A stretch of 64,000 bases of DNA from Chrysomallon squamiferum (GCA_012295275.1 CM022675.1:11036001-11100000); one strand, 5' to 3'. Positions 44,962-60,626 are shown, counted from the stretch's first letter. Notes: generated by a model from the sequence alone, not told the origin. Translations and numbers: made by a program.

Positions 44962-45198
44962 TACTACTACTACTTTGTGTTTGCTGATAAAATGAAAAAT
45001 GTCTGGTTCATGAGAAGAGTCATCATAAAACATTTAATTATTTTTATGCAGCAAAAAATAAAAGTGTTGATTTGCAGCACAGAGACTGGTGTCATAAGTC
45101 AAACGTTTTTTATAACAACGTAACAAATAAAACAAATACATTCGTAAAAAAAAACAAAAACAAACTAATATAAATTATAAAAATAAAATAAACTAAAC

Positions 45199-45266
<68 letters not shown>

Positions 45267-45422
45267 TAATAATAATAATGATAGTGAAAGTAGGAAAATG
45301 GTGACTAATAAAAACAAAGACAATACAATATATTTGTTTAAATTAATCATTTACTACTACTAATAATAAAGATAGGTAATGACAATTAAGTAAGTAACTA
45401 AATAAATAAAATATAAATCTAG

Positions 45423-45519
<97 letters not shown>

Positions 45520-45988
45520 TCAAACAGGCAAACATAGAAATAAAATAAACAAATAAATAAATAAGTAAATAAACGACCAAAATAAATAAAAACAATAAAT
45601 AAGAAAGTATTTTTATATATCAAACACTTTTAAAGTAAAAAAAAATATATATATATATATATTTGGCCATATTATTTCATTTCTTTTAATTTTTCTTTCC
45701 CCCCTTACACTATTAAAAAAAAAAAAAAAAAATAAACGAAAAATAAAACAAAATTAAATAAACCACTACGAGCGAATTCCAAACGCTATAAAATCGTCAC
45801 TCATCCAGTCCAGTATCTCCGCATGAACAAAATACTGATAACTAACCTGCAATAAATAAGTAAGTAATTCTCACATAAAACGCACCAAGTCGTTTTCCAA
45901 AGGGCGAGTTTTCCAACTGTTTAAAAAAAAAAAAAAAAAAAAAAAAAAGGCTAAATGTAAACAAGAGAGAGATAGATATATGTACATT

Positions 45989-46260
45989 TCTTACCTACCT
46001 GTGCTGTTCTTTCCGTTTAGCGCCGAGAAAATCTCTTCATTGCTGGCGGTTCCTTTGATGTCGAACATTAACGTCTTATTGAACGCTCTAACTGTACAAT
46101 AAATTCTCGCTAGTAGCCTGTTGAAATAGACGACCTTGTTTCTACCCCGGCCGTATAATGTCGATTTCGGATAACCCCAATTCAAACGAGTCTGCATTTC
46201 TCGCTAAGGCAAATGGTGAGGCCGCGCAATGATATTGCCTGTCGACCAATCAGAACGTCG
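45989..46260 (-). promoter_or_regulatory. Candidate distal non-coding exon/promoter
   Basis: Tandem donors CAG|GTAG|GTAAGA at 45998/45994 on the Antp strand, a CpG-rich body, and CCAATCAG at 46246. Confidence 0.25.
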
Positions 46261-46302
46261 CTTACAACGATATCGGTTTGTTCATTCATCATAGCAGTTT
46301 TG

Positions 46303-46336
<34 letters not shown>

Positions 46337-47670
46337 CTTTTTCTTGCCGTTATTTTTTTTTTTTTATTGCTCTCCTCAAATGTGTAGGAATAAATAATGT
46401 AGAAGACAATTTCTGTTTTAGTGCCTCGTTATAAAGACATGCGGGTTTATAGAAAAATGAAAATGATTTTTAAATTGTAATTAGCATTAATGAAATATTC
46501 GTTAGTTCAATCTAAATAAAAATAAAATAATAATGAAGGAACGTAATAAATTATAGATGAAAAGGAGAGTATTTTCTGTGTTCAAAAACAAAACAAAAAA
46601 AAATAATAATTTGATATTAATTTATTTATTGTTTGTTTTTGCTTCCATATTTGCTTTATATATATATATATATATTTATTTATTTATATAAAGCAAATCT
46701 ATGAAATAAGACAATAAATAATTCATAAAATGAAAAAAAACAATAAAAAAATACAGTAGAACAAAATAAACGACTTAAGCGATTTAATATTTAAAGAAAT
46801 TAATAAAATCTCATTTTGTGTGAGAGTATATTACTCAAGACAAAGAAAAGAAAAAACAGTTATAAACCATTCTAACCACTATCAAATCGATTAGCTATTG
46901 TTGTCATTTTCACCTCAACTGTGCAAATCTACTCAGATACCATGTTGAAAAACAATTAATTCGATTTTAACCCACATAACGATCAGTTTCGACAAATAAA
47001 CGATCAATGAAGTTTTGAAAATGTACTGCAGCTGACATTCCAGATAAAATGTTAATGTATAACACAGACGAAAAACTAAATAATTTAGTAGGTGAACAAG
47101 TAACAAGTAGATCATTTATTAGCTAAACAAATGATAAAAAAAAAATCAAAGAAATCAGAGTAATAAATTAGACATATGGAAGATAGATGGATAGAAATAT
47201 AAAGCATAGATAGATAAAATAGAAATAATGAAAGTAGAGAAGAAACAAACGAACAGTCATATAACGGAATGAATGGAACAATAAATAAATAAATTAATAA
47301 ATTAATAAATAAATAAATAAATAAATAAAGGAATGAATGAAATAATGAACAAATAAACAAACAAACAAACAAACAAACAAACAAACAAATAAATAAATAA
47401 ATAAATAAATAAACAGTCATTTAACAGAAACCAGTTAATGTATAATTTAGATATTACAGTATTTTCTTTATAATAAGTTAATGTGTTAAACGAAAGTTGA
47501 CGTTTATATTACTGGGCTTAAAGGAACAATTATATTAATGGACATGTCATTAAATTTTAAACCTGTCCGCAGTTGTGCATATCTGTCTTCCAGCCAAATT
47601 AATTTATCTTGTGTAATATATGAGACAAATGAAATTTCGTGCAGAAATTAATATCTATCTGTCTGTATAT

Positions 47671-47962
<292 letters not shown>

Positions 47963-48694
47963 ATTATATAATAAAACATACTTTATTTGTATCCCACAAA
48001 ATTTCTTTTAATTTTTGTTGTTTTTGTTTTCTTTCACAATATTATGTATGCTATTACTTTTTATTATTATTATTTTATTATTACCACTTTTTTTTTTTTT
48101 TTTTTTATCTTCTTGCTATCGCTTATCTCGGAATAATTCATTGAAATATAAAACTGATTTTAATATCCAGTGTCGGTTTATTAATTAATGCATTTCGACA
48201 TTCAAAGCGCAATACACAAACACTAACAAACACACCTGCAAGGCTGCAATGTATATTTCACGGATGAACGGACACGTACATGATGTATATTGCATGATCC
48301 AGCAAAACACCTTATGCGAGGCAACGTCATGACGGCTACAACTATGCCAGGTGGCAACAATACGACGTCAAATAAAATGAGAAAAAACATTTTTCAAGTC
48401 ACTCGTCAGACAACGAGAGAAATATATCCGTGAAATGTTATCCCAATGCAGGAGAATAGCAACACACATGAGACATAAACCAACACCACTGCCAGGGTTT
48501 TATCCGCTGCTCTGTTTTTCCTGTTAGTGCACTGTAAAGAGAACCGGGCACGTAGCTTAATGTTTTCATGGGGTTGTGGAGGTGTGTGGTGTTTGTAGGG
48601 TGGGTGTTTGACTCTGGTAGGTGAAAAAAAAAAAAAAGCCACCGAAAGTTTTAAGAGTTAGTGTAATGTATATGATATGATACGAATGAGTGAA

Positions 48695-48768
<74 letters not shown>

Positions 48769-48801
48769 AGTAACAGCAGCAGCAGCAGCAACAACAACAA
48801 C

Positions 48802-48843
<42 letters not shown>

Positions 48844-48950
48844 GAGTTGAGACAGCTAAATATAGGCAATAGGATCAAATAATACTACATTTATGCTACA
48901 CAAAAAAATTATTCTAAATTTATAGAATATAAATGTAATTTGTATATATA

Positions 48951-48986
<36 letters not shown>

Positions 48987-49843
48987 TGTATGTATGTATT
49001 CATTTTTTTCTTCTTCTTTTATTTAATTTATCCTATCCACCTACGAACCCATTACGTTCTACAATCCCTGCACACACACACACACACACATATATATATA
49101 AATATATATAGTTTCCTGTGTATAATACATTCAGGAGGGGGCTGGAAATCTGACATAGCTTGAACAAATTCTTTCTAAACAAGGCCTGACTGATTTTTAA
49201 AGTTGATGCGAAAGATACCGCGGCTCGCTAGCATGTCAAATGTTTTTTGACACAAAAGAAATACGACTTGGTCCCTATCTGTCCATTTCATCTTCAGCAG
49301 ACAGCTGTTTCGGGAGGTAAGTTTCACTGGAAATGTGTTCTTAGTCATATCACCTGTTTCCATAGCACATAGCAGAACAATTTGCTTGTTTAGCCGTTTA
49401 TGTCAATTTCCTTTCTTGCTTATTACTGCTGTAAACATCCTTAAATAACCGCGAGAGTGAAGTCATGTGTGGTAAATATTTTAAAATTTTCAAATATATA
49501 TGTATTATATATATATTTTTGACTTTTTTTTTTTTTTTTTCCGTGTGAATTTGTTTTCGAATTGCGATAAACTAACAAATTTCTTGATAAATTCTAGACC
49601 TTTCTTTTTAACTTTTACTGTTTCTGATTACTTTTTTTTTTATTTTATTTTTTTTTATTTCTGATTTTCTGTCTTTTTTTCTGTCTTTCTTTCTGTCATT
49701 CTATCCAAGCCTCTCCCTATCTCCCAGAAGTTTCGTTGTAAATTCCTTTTTTCTTTAATTCTCTCTTTTCGCTATATATATCTATCTATCTGTCTGTCTG
49801 CTGTCTGTCAGTCTGTCTGTACCAAGCTGTATAATCATGTATC

Positions 49844-49942
<99 letters not shown>

Positions 49943-50727
49943 GTCTCTCTCTGTCTCTCTCTCTCTGTGTGTGTGTGTGAATGTGTGTGTAGTATTTTCT
50001 GCCTGTACTGCAAATAAAATATTTTATTTATATTTGTCGAAAATCAATATGTGTGTATTGATTACCATTGTTCCGATACATCGCGTGTTATACCTGGTGT
50101 GACCTTCACCTAATCATCCTTGAATTTCTATTGTATACAGTGAAAAATGCAGACACATACACAAAACTCATTTAATACAATGGTAGTATTGCAAATATTA
50201 TTATTAATATTAATATTATTATAATAATTATTATTATTATAATTATTATTATTATTATTATAATTATTATTATTGTTGTTGTTGTTGGTGGTGGTAGTGG
50301 TGGTGGTGATGGTGTTGTTATTGTTGCTGTTGTTGTAGCTGTTGTTTTTGTTGTTTTACCAAAAAAAAAAAAAAGAAATTTCAACAAGAAACAACTGTTT
50401 TTCACTTATTTATCATTTTTGTTTGTCCATTTTTATTCCTCTTTGTTTAGTTGTCAGTTCAGAAAACATAGAGGTGCAGTTTACTGGAAGAACCGCAGAT
50501 CCGTAACGTGATGTGCATAACGAATTTATGTAAAATAAACCCTTGGAGATGTCGCGTATTTTTGACTTGTGTGTATAAGACAGAGAGAGGGAGAAGGGTG
50601 GGAGAAAGAGATAACGTAAACAAAAATAAGCAAAAAAACTAATAAGAAAATTTATGAATTAAATAAATAAATAAATAATGGTATAATAATAATAACAATG
50701 ATGATGATAACATCAGTAAGATTAGTA

Positions 50728-50772
<45 letters not shown>

Positions 50773-51665
50773 GTAGTAGTAGTAGTAGTAGTAGTAGTAA
50801 TAGTAGTAATAATAACAAATATAACGACAACAACAAAAAATAAGAAAAACTGCAACAGTAACAAACATTGGTGAAAAAAAAAAGAGAAGAAAAATCAGTA
50901 TGTGAAACTGCCAATACAAAAGACTTATGGTTTGATAACAAATTCATTAAGCGTATAATATGCCCAATCATGCAGACGCGGTATATTTCATCGTGAAATG
51001 TATAAAGGTCCAGACGTCACGCCTGGATGAACAATATTCCTAATTTTATGTGAAATCTATACGGAAATTTGTATATTGAGCAAGAGTGGCTTTCATACGA
51101 AATTAAAGTCTCCCAAAATATGACGCTAATCATTTCGACTCCGAAATGAACAATATAAAAATTGTTTATTAATGAAAAAAAAGAAAAGTTTTGTGTTCTG
51201 TTATCATTAGGCGAATTTTATTGCGATCTGATTAAAATGATCGAGAGAAAATAAAAGATTTGACAAATAATAAAGCTGACTAAGGCACTTAAAAGCAATT
51301 ACCAACAATGAAGGTATATTTTGTGATAGCGATCTGCACTTGAATTAAAAATTTACAAGTTATGATATTAAATATCCAAGTCTATGTTTATTCATGACGC
51401 TAATTTTTTCTATTAATTTATTGTCTTTCATTTATTTTTATTTTTTATTTTTATTTTTTTCTCTTTGATGTATTGCATTTTGATTTGATTTTATTATCGT
51501 TCATTTTCGATTCATGGTTTTCGTTTTTCTCTCTTTCTTTCATTTTCTTTCGATTGTTTTATACGTCGCTCTTTCAGTGTTTGTTCGTTCTTTCTCTCTG
51601 TCCCAGTCTCCGATTTACTGTTTATTTTTTGTTTTATTCTTAATTTATTTCTCTCTGTATCTTTA

Positions 51666-51768
<103 letters not shown>

Positions 51769-52353
51769 CCTCCCTCCCTCACTTTATCTCCATGAAATAT
51801 ATATACACCTTTCCTTATCCAATTTACCTTTAAATACAAATGCAAAGCATACAATTATTTGATGTTATTTAAAACTCCATCCTATTCAATGCGAAATGCT
51901 GACATAAGATATTCATTTCATTTTATTTATTCCTATTCTTCAGACACTTAACTGGGCTTTTTTTTTTTTTTTCTTTTTTTTTTCCCCGAGCTGCCAGCGT
52001 TTGAGTTACGTACTCGAGAAAAGAAAAAAACAAAAAAAGAATCTTTAATTGCTACATACGTAACGCATTAATTGCTGGCTATGTCCGGTTTCTCGCGGCA
52101 GTAATCAGAAAATATCGTTGTGCCAAGCAGAACTGACAAGTGAAAAAAACAAGGCTGCTAATTTTGCCTTGTTACCTTTGATGCAATACATGTGCGGCGG
52201 GTTAGGATTATTATGATGCTGATGCTGAGATGTGACGTTAATTAGTGCAGTAGTAAAAGAAAGGACAACAGAGCTAGATTTCAGTGGAGTGTGTTGTTTA
52301 ATAAATAAATGTGTGTGTGTGTGTGTGTGTGTGGGTGTGATGGGGTATAGGGG

Positions 52354-52443
<90 letters not shown>

Positions 52444-53149
52444 CACATACATACACACAGATACATATATATATATATATACATACCAGACAAACACACA
52501 CACATACACAAATAGAGACAGATAAAGGGGCAGACAAACAGACAGACAGACAGACAGAAATATAAAGACAGATGAAATAATGTGCTCACATGACAGATAT
52601 AGCGTATGTATGTACGTATTTATTTATGTATGTATGTATGTATGTATGTATGTATGTATGTATGTATATATATGTGTTGTATAATGTATATATATATATA
52701 TCCGTACGTATGTATGTGTGGATATATGTATGTATGTATATATGTATACGCATGTATGTATATGTATGTATGTGTATATGGGTATATATGTGTTTATGCA
52801 TTTATGTATTATGTATGTATATGTATAATATATCAAAGGCCTGACTATCTAAAACAACATATTTTTATTTTTGTTTCTGAATATTTTTTTTCTTTCTTTC
52901 TTTCGTTTTAAAAGTAAATATTATTTCATCAGACACAGATATTGTTTATCTACCTCACGGTTGTCATTCTTTTTTCTTTTTTTTTTTTTCTTCTTCTTTT
53001 TTCTTAATTCTGTTTTGAAGTTTTAACTAAACACATTTTTCTTGTTTAAAATTCTATCAGAGTAAACAAAGATTTTATCTTTTATGCGAGGCTCAGTCAA
53101 ATTTGCCAAAGTATCAAATACATTCTTTCCTTATCTTATCTACATCTTT

Positions 53150-53188
<39 letters not shown>

Positions 53189-53592
53189 GTGTATGTCTGT
53201 GTGTATGTGTCTGTGTATATGTTTGTGTTTGTAGATAGTTTTGCTTGCATGAAATAATTCTTATCATTTTGTCAGACATCGCTGGAGATGAAGCAAGGGA
53301 AACAACTCCACTTCATTGTTTCACGAGATTATTTCATTGTTTGAGAACAGTTTTCTTAGATGAATGATATAAAAATGAAAGTGAAGTAAAAGAAGAAGAA
53401 AAATAAAAACAATGTTGAAATTAGCCTGATATTAAGGTTATTTTGCTAATGCCTAGATTGTCAAAACTGAATGATATATATTTTTAAAATATAACATAAA
53501 ATAATAATTTTATATTAAAATTATAAAAAAAAGAATATGTCAGGCTCGCTACATTTCCGTGAAAATACATGTATGCCTAGAAAAGAACCTAG

Positions 53593-53695
<103 letters not shown>

Positions 53696-54096
53696 GTCTG
53701 TCTGTGTCTCTGTCTGTCTGTCTCTCTCTGTCTGTCTGTCTGTCTCTCTCTGTTTGTGTGTGTGTGTGTGTGTGATTCATTGCTTTGAGGTTACATTCCA
53801 TTCACGAAACTGACCTATTAACTAAAATCAAGTATCAACGTGTATGTATCTCTACTGAGATTATGTTCTCTTTATTATGCAGCTTTAATACACGTCACAC
53901 CTATTTGTTATTGGTGGGTGATACAGGTTAGGCTTTATAATGAGAATAAATTAACTAAACTCTGTGGTAAATGGATCTATTCCGTTTTGTGTCTTTTTTG
54001 TTCCGCCTGATATCTTACTTCATTCTTTTCTGTTTTATCTCTTCAATCAAACTGTCTTAACAAAGGCGTAAAGCTTACTATATATATATATGTGTC

Positions 54097-54147
<51 letters not shown>

Positions 54148-55112
54148 GTTTTTATTAACTTTAGACAGAAAGAAAGAAAGAAAATATCTGAGGAAATAAA
54201 TTAGAAAAAATAATATGGTAATAATAAATTATATTATGAAATAGTAGAATTTGAATTGGTTATATTAGCTGAACCTGTTATATTAGTGGTAGCAGTGATA
54301 GTGGTGGTAGTAGCAGTAAAAACTGAAATGGCTGCAGTAGTTATAACAACAGAAGTAGAAGCAGTACTAACACTAGCAGTAAATATATAAAAGAGTATTA
54401 TTATTAGTAGTAATAGTAGTAGTAGCAGCAGCAGTAGTAGAAGTAATAGGTTTAATGTATCTTCTTATTTTTTTTTTTATTTTTTGTTTATTTGTTTATT
54501 TGTTTATTTTATTTTATTTTATTTTATTTATTTATGTATTTGAAAAAAGAAGGAACATTTATATTATATGTTTAAAATTAAAATTAAAATTAAAAAAAAC
54601 ATATTTTAAAATATGTATACACCTTCAAGCAAAACCAAAAAAAAAAAGAAAACACAACAACAAAAAATAAAAAATAATAAAAAAATTGAAATCGTCTAAT
54701 CTAGGAGAAAAAAAAGCCACCACAACATAATCTTTACTTGCAGTAAAGTCAGAAGTGGAGACAGAGAGAGAGAGAGAGAATCCCAGTCAAAATTACTCTT
54801 GGTCTTCGGAGACTCTGTGACAGATTTTTTTGTTTATGGTGATTGCCAACACGTCTGCACTGGTGCCAAAAACAAGCAGGCCTGGCCGCCCGGGTATTTG
54901 TCTAATCGTCAAAGTGATCTCAGTCGTTAGTCCGGCTTGCTACGACGGCCACAGTCATAAAGCGACGTCATTGCGACGAATCCGCGCTCTTTCCTGGAGC
55001 AAAAAGAGCTTTTCCTGCTTGGGTTCACCAGATAACTCCATTATTTCATAAATCACGCAAAACCCTATTACCGTTCTTGATTCCCACTCACTCGGTCGAC
55101 GAGGGACGAGGA

Positions 55113-55127
55113 ACTCCAGATGGCGCT
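55113..55127 (+). promoter_or_regulatory. CTCF-like site (ACTCCAGATGGCGCT) in a motif-dense CpG island (54780-55400)
   Basis: Matches 13 of 15 positions of CCASYAGRKGGCRSY, with the core CAGATGGCGC intact. Confidence 0.45.
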
Positions 55128-55798
55128 TCGGGCGCTTAAATGAAAGCGAGATTAAAGAATGTTATACGCCGGTAAGCCATCGATTGGTTTATTATCTTTA
55201 GTGGCAAGTAATGATGGCGATAGATACGAATAAAACCTACCGCCACTGACAGAATTGTCTGTAACACGGTTATGATACGTTCTGTCTCAGCATCATATCT
55301 TTGAATATTAACTTTATCTTCGGTCTCAATGTCGAGTCTCGTATTACTTCTGTAACTAGTATTGGTATGGTAAGATGTGCGAGTAATTCGGAAATAAACT
55401 ATTTGATAGTCAGAAGAGGCTGATATCTCTTTCTGTACATTCTAGCTTTTCTTATTGTACTGCTGTTATCATTACCGTTACAACAACAATATATTAATTT
55501 ATTTTTTTCTGTCAGATCAACTATTATATCAACTTTTCCTAACACTTTTATCATTCTTACGGTATTATTGGTATAAACTATCATTACTGTTAGGAATACT
55601 AAAACAACATCAGCTATTACTAGCATTATAGTTACAACTGTTATATCGATAATTATCACTCCAAAGAAACTACAACTTTTATTGCCATTAACCATACTGT
55701 TAGTATTTTCACTGCAAATACCAGCAAACTAGTGTTACTACAAATACTACAGATAGAGAAAGAGACAAAAAGAAAAAGAGACAGACAGACAGTCAGAC

Positions 55799-55883
<85 letters not shown>

Positions 55884-55898
55884 GAGAGAGACAGACAG

Positions 55899-56001
<103 letters not shown>

Positions 56002-57883
56002 CAGATACGAATGTACACTAACACTGATATACTCATGAAACCCATAACATCATATTTAACTGAAAACATATATTATTTTACACACAAAACAATGAAAGGT
56101 TCGAAGAGGTGTTAATGTACACTTCAGTGTACTTCTTCACATGAACTATTTTTTTCTCGACTCGGCTGCTGACACAACCACACCAGCACATCTCCGCTAA
56201 AAAGGCTTTCCGCTCACCAGATAAACTAAATAATCAAAATATTGTTTGTCATTTCGACGAAAAAAAAGAAAACCTCGCGGGAGGGGGGAGGGAACCCTCT
56301 GGTAATCCGAAGCCTGAAATTATCCATTTAATTTATTCACCAGCATCAATATATTCGGTATCAAAAAAAAAAAAGAAAAGAAAAAAGGCGTCGATTAGGA
56401 GAGGAGAAGAGAATGCGGGACAAGCGCTTACAGGAATTCAGTGTCTGAACTGTTGACAAGACGACTGACTTCTCGTCACGGTTCCCTTGCCGGCATCAAA
56501 CAAGAACAAGGACCCCCGGGGCTTCCACGCGACCCGTGGTGCGACACGGAGAATCCGAGCTTTTTAAAGCGATTTGTCATCTCTCCCCGGCCTGTTTTGA
56601 TTGAGAACTGATGGCGGGTAGACCGATCCTTTACCACCTGTTGCGCCGCTTGTCGTTTTGAAGCAAACTTGGGGGCGATAACGCAAATGCTGTGATACCC
56701 GTCTATTTACTGTGGGGTGTTTTTTTGTTTGTTTTATTTTTGTGTGTGTGTTTTTTGTCGCGTACGTCGAACGTTTGTTCCCCTCTTATACAGCGGATTG
56801 ACGTGTTTTCTTGCACATTCCCGTCTGTTCATCTATTCATCGCTTTTGCTTCGGTTGTAAGTGCTAAAAAAGCTCCAAGCGACGTGTGTTTCCCCATGGT
56901 TTGAGTGTGGCTGTGTTTTTGTTTTTTTTCTTGGTTTTTTCTCGAAATTCGTTACCCGATGCGGCACTGTGGTTCGTTTGACGTTGGTGACGTTAGTCTG
57001 TGCGTCCTGCAGGGAATTAAGGAAGCTTTCCACGGTTTTCTGAAATCACCGAAGCAGAACGTATAGAGGTCTCCGGGACTCAATTCATTGTCGAATCCAC
57101 AACATACTGTTTCATTTTCACGGTCTGGTGAAGTTTTAAACGAACAGTGATCAAAGCACGTTTGGCCATCAATCAAATCTTATGATTATTTTTATATTTT
57201 TTTTTCTCTCTCCAAATAAAACGATTCCAAAATAAAGAAAAGAAGACAATTTCCATATCGATTTGGATTAGATAATATCGCTTTAAAAATTAAAGTAGAT
57301 AATTAGATGAAGAAATAATTCACGCTAGGGAACAAGAAATCATAAATTTCAAACTAAATGTCAGTTTAATCCCAAAACTGTGAACGTTAAACACTCTTAT
57401 TAATAGGAATCTATCCAGTATTTAGAAAAAGTTTGTCATTATTCTAAGAAAATTGATTCCCTTTGCAAAAATAAAAATAACTAGACGTCGAGAATATATT
57501 TCGTTTCAACGCATGCATATATGAATTACCTTCGCTATCACTCCCATCATTGCTTCAATTATTGCCAAAACACAGACACTGCTAATAAATTTATACGAAA
57601 TGTTTAGGACCAGAATTAAAGGAGGTAGCCAGAGATTAGGATCTAATTCCATATGTATATCATATATCGCTTATACAAAGAGTATTTTTTTTTTTCCTTT
57701 TTTATATATATATAATATTTATTTAATAATTTTGTGCTTAGAATGAAGTTTAAATTGTGTGTGCAAAACAGCCAGAAAACTGTAAGATATCACTATTTCT
57801 GCTTTTCCGAAAACCTCGGATAAAAGATGCATAACCTATGTTAATATTTTTGTATAACTACTAAAGGTTTCTACAAGCTTTTA

Positions 57884-57970
<87 letters not shown>

Positions 57971-58576
57971 CACACACACACACTCTCACACACATACACA
58001 CAAACAAACATTTATATACATCAACAAACACACACACGTAAAGAGATTTGGTAGTATAAGATAATGAGAAGTCCATTTAAAACAACAGAAATACTAGTAC
58101 TGCAACACTGAATTAATCTTTCATTAAAAGAATCATTGTCAGTAGTCAAAGGGAAACAACTTTTGATGGATTAGATAATCATATTAACTAACTAATTAAT
58201 TAATTACGTACTAAAATTTAGTATAAAGGAAATTTTCGTAGAAAAAAGCAAGAACATCATCATTTGCTACTACTATTACTACCACTATCACCATTAACTT
58301 TAACTCTGTTATCATGAATAACTCTATTATATTACAGTAACTATGGCTAATGCACCTGCTAATAATATCATTAGTGTTGTAACAAGAAATATGCATATAT
58401 GAATCTCTCTGCCCGTCTGTCTGTCTCTGTGTATGTATGTTTGTGTGTATGTACGTTTGTATATATGTAAGTATATAGATGTTTATTCATGTACAGATCT
58501 ATGCAGGAATCTAGACTTGTATGAAGTACACACACACACACACACACACATAGAGAGGGAGATAAAGAGAGGAAAT

Positions 58577-58667
<91 letters not shown>

Positions 58668-59342
58668 AAAACAGAGAGATAAAAAAGAAAGATTAAAAAT
58701 GACGGGTGTCATAATTCAGAGGCATAACATTATATACATTATGCATACCCATTTTGTAAAAAGTTGTAAGGGTGTTAACAATTGGTCGCATTGCTTTAAA
58801 GTTGACGGCTTAAATTTCTTGCGATAAGGAAGCAAAAAAATAAATCCTGCCTATCGTTGTTTCATTTGAGGGTTTCTTTTTTACTTCTTCTGAAGTTAAT
58901 CCGGGTATGTAAGGTTATCTAAGACGAATTCTCGAACTATTTGTAAAGTTAGTATGCGTTTCGCGTGATGGAAACACAGTGTCAATTGCACCTTCTGATT
59001 ATGTTAAATTTCTCAGTTGGAAATTTGTCAATTTCTTGCACTTCATCACTTGAACGCGCAGTTAAACAGCAGTAACGGGTGGAATGGAAGTGCGTGACAT
59101 GTTAATTACTTATAGCGTGATAAAGGGCTTGGTATGTCGTGACCTGCCGCGCGAGAGAAAATTTATGACAGGTGTTTTGTTTCAGTCCCCCCCAAAAAAA
59201 AAATAAAAAATAAAAATATATAGAAAATGTTTTAAATTTTTTTTAAAAAAGGTGTAAAAAAATATTTGAATGCATGAAAGAGAGATATAAGATAGAAATG
59301 GAGTAAAGAAAGAAAGAAAGAAAGAGTAGTAGTATGGTTTTC

Positions 59343-59451
<109 letters not shown>

Positions 59452-59686
59452 TTGAATACCAAATGAGAATAAAAGAATTATGAGGTAGAATTAGAACAGG
59501 ATGAGGTGAAGAAAACTGTACAGGAGACAGGGATATATATATATATATATATATAAAGAAATGAAGGGAAATGTAAAAAAAAAAAAAAAAAAAAAAAAAT
59601 GAACGATGTGAAGGAAATAAAGGAAGTGAAAGAGACAGACAGACAGACACACATGAATAATAATGAAAATAACACCACAAAACCTG

Positions 59687-59721
<35 letters not shown>

Positions 59722-60392
59722 AATGAAAGGAAAAGTCAACTAATCGAAAAAGTCGCATACAAAACTAAACGTTTACGCATAATTTCTATTGGGATATCTT
59801 TAACAAGAGCGAGCTTTTCTTTAGCTCATTTCCGACAAGTTATGTATTTATTGCGGTAGCACAATAGCTCTTAAAAAAACAGGACTTTAACTCCTTTTTT
59901 TCTTTCTCTTTTTCTTTTTCTTTACAGGTATGAACCCGATCACAACAAGTTGTTGGTTTTGAAAAGCGCTGGGAGGCGAAACCCAGCGTGGTACAACGTG
60001 TATGTCGACAATGGCGACAAAATGGGCCACGAAAAGGAAGAAGAAGAAGAAGGAAAAGAAAAAGAAGAAAAAAACGAAGACGTCGTCAATGGGGGATAAA
60101 GCTACGGCGGTCTGAACGATTTTGTCAAACATCCATTAAATCGACTCTCAGCGTGCCAGTGCATTCAACACAAACGAAACGTTTCCACGCCTTTTCTTGT
60201 CGCTTTGCAAAGACTCGTTCTTTGAAGCTTTTTAACTCTGGAGTGAAGAGAAGACTGAATTGAGGTATTCTTGTCGACTCCCTTTGCAGACGTTCTTGAA
60301 CCAGTGACCTTGTTATACATTCAGTTTGTAGGACACCCTCTTTTATTTTCTTTTTTTTTCTTGATCTCTCCCTTACTTTCTTTATTTCTGAT

Positions 60393-60423
<31 letters not shown>

Positions 60424-60579
60424 TTGATTTATTTATTTATTTTATTTTATTTTTTATTTACTTACATATTTTATTTTTACTTTCATATATTTTATTTTAC
60501 ATTATTATATTTTATTTTAATTCAATTCATTTTCTTTTCATTTCTTTTTTTCTGTTTCTGATCTAATGCCCCGATTTCC

Positions 60580-60626
60580 TTGCCTTTTGCTTTTGCCTTT
60601 TGCTTTTGCCTTTTCACTTTGCCTTT
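60580..60626 (+). repeat. Short (TTTTGC/TTTTGCC) tandem repeat
   Basis: ttgccttttgcttttgccttttgcttttgcctttt is directly visible. Confidence 0.85.

Noticed and set aside
59887-60263. Basic RRRRKRK-rich ORF as a possible homeodomain/NLS exon of a neighbouring Hox gene
   Set aside because: The basic run comes from a GAA/AAA low-complexity tract; no helix-3 WFQNRR motif.
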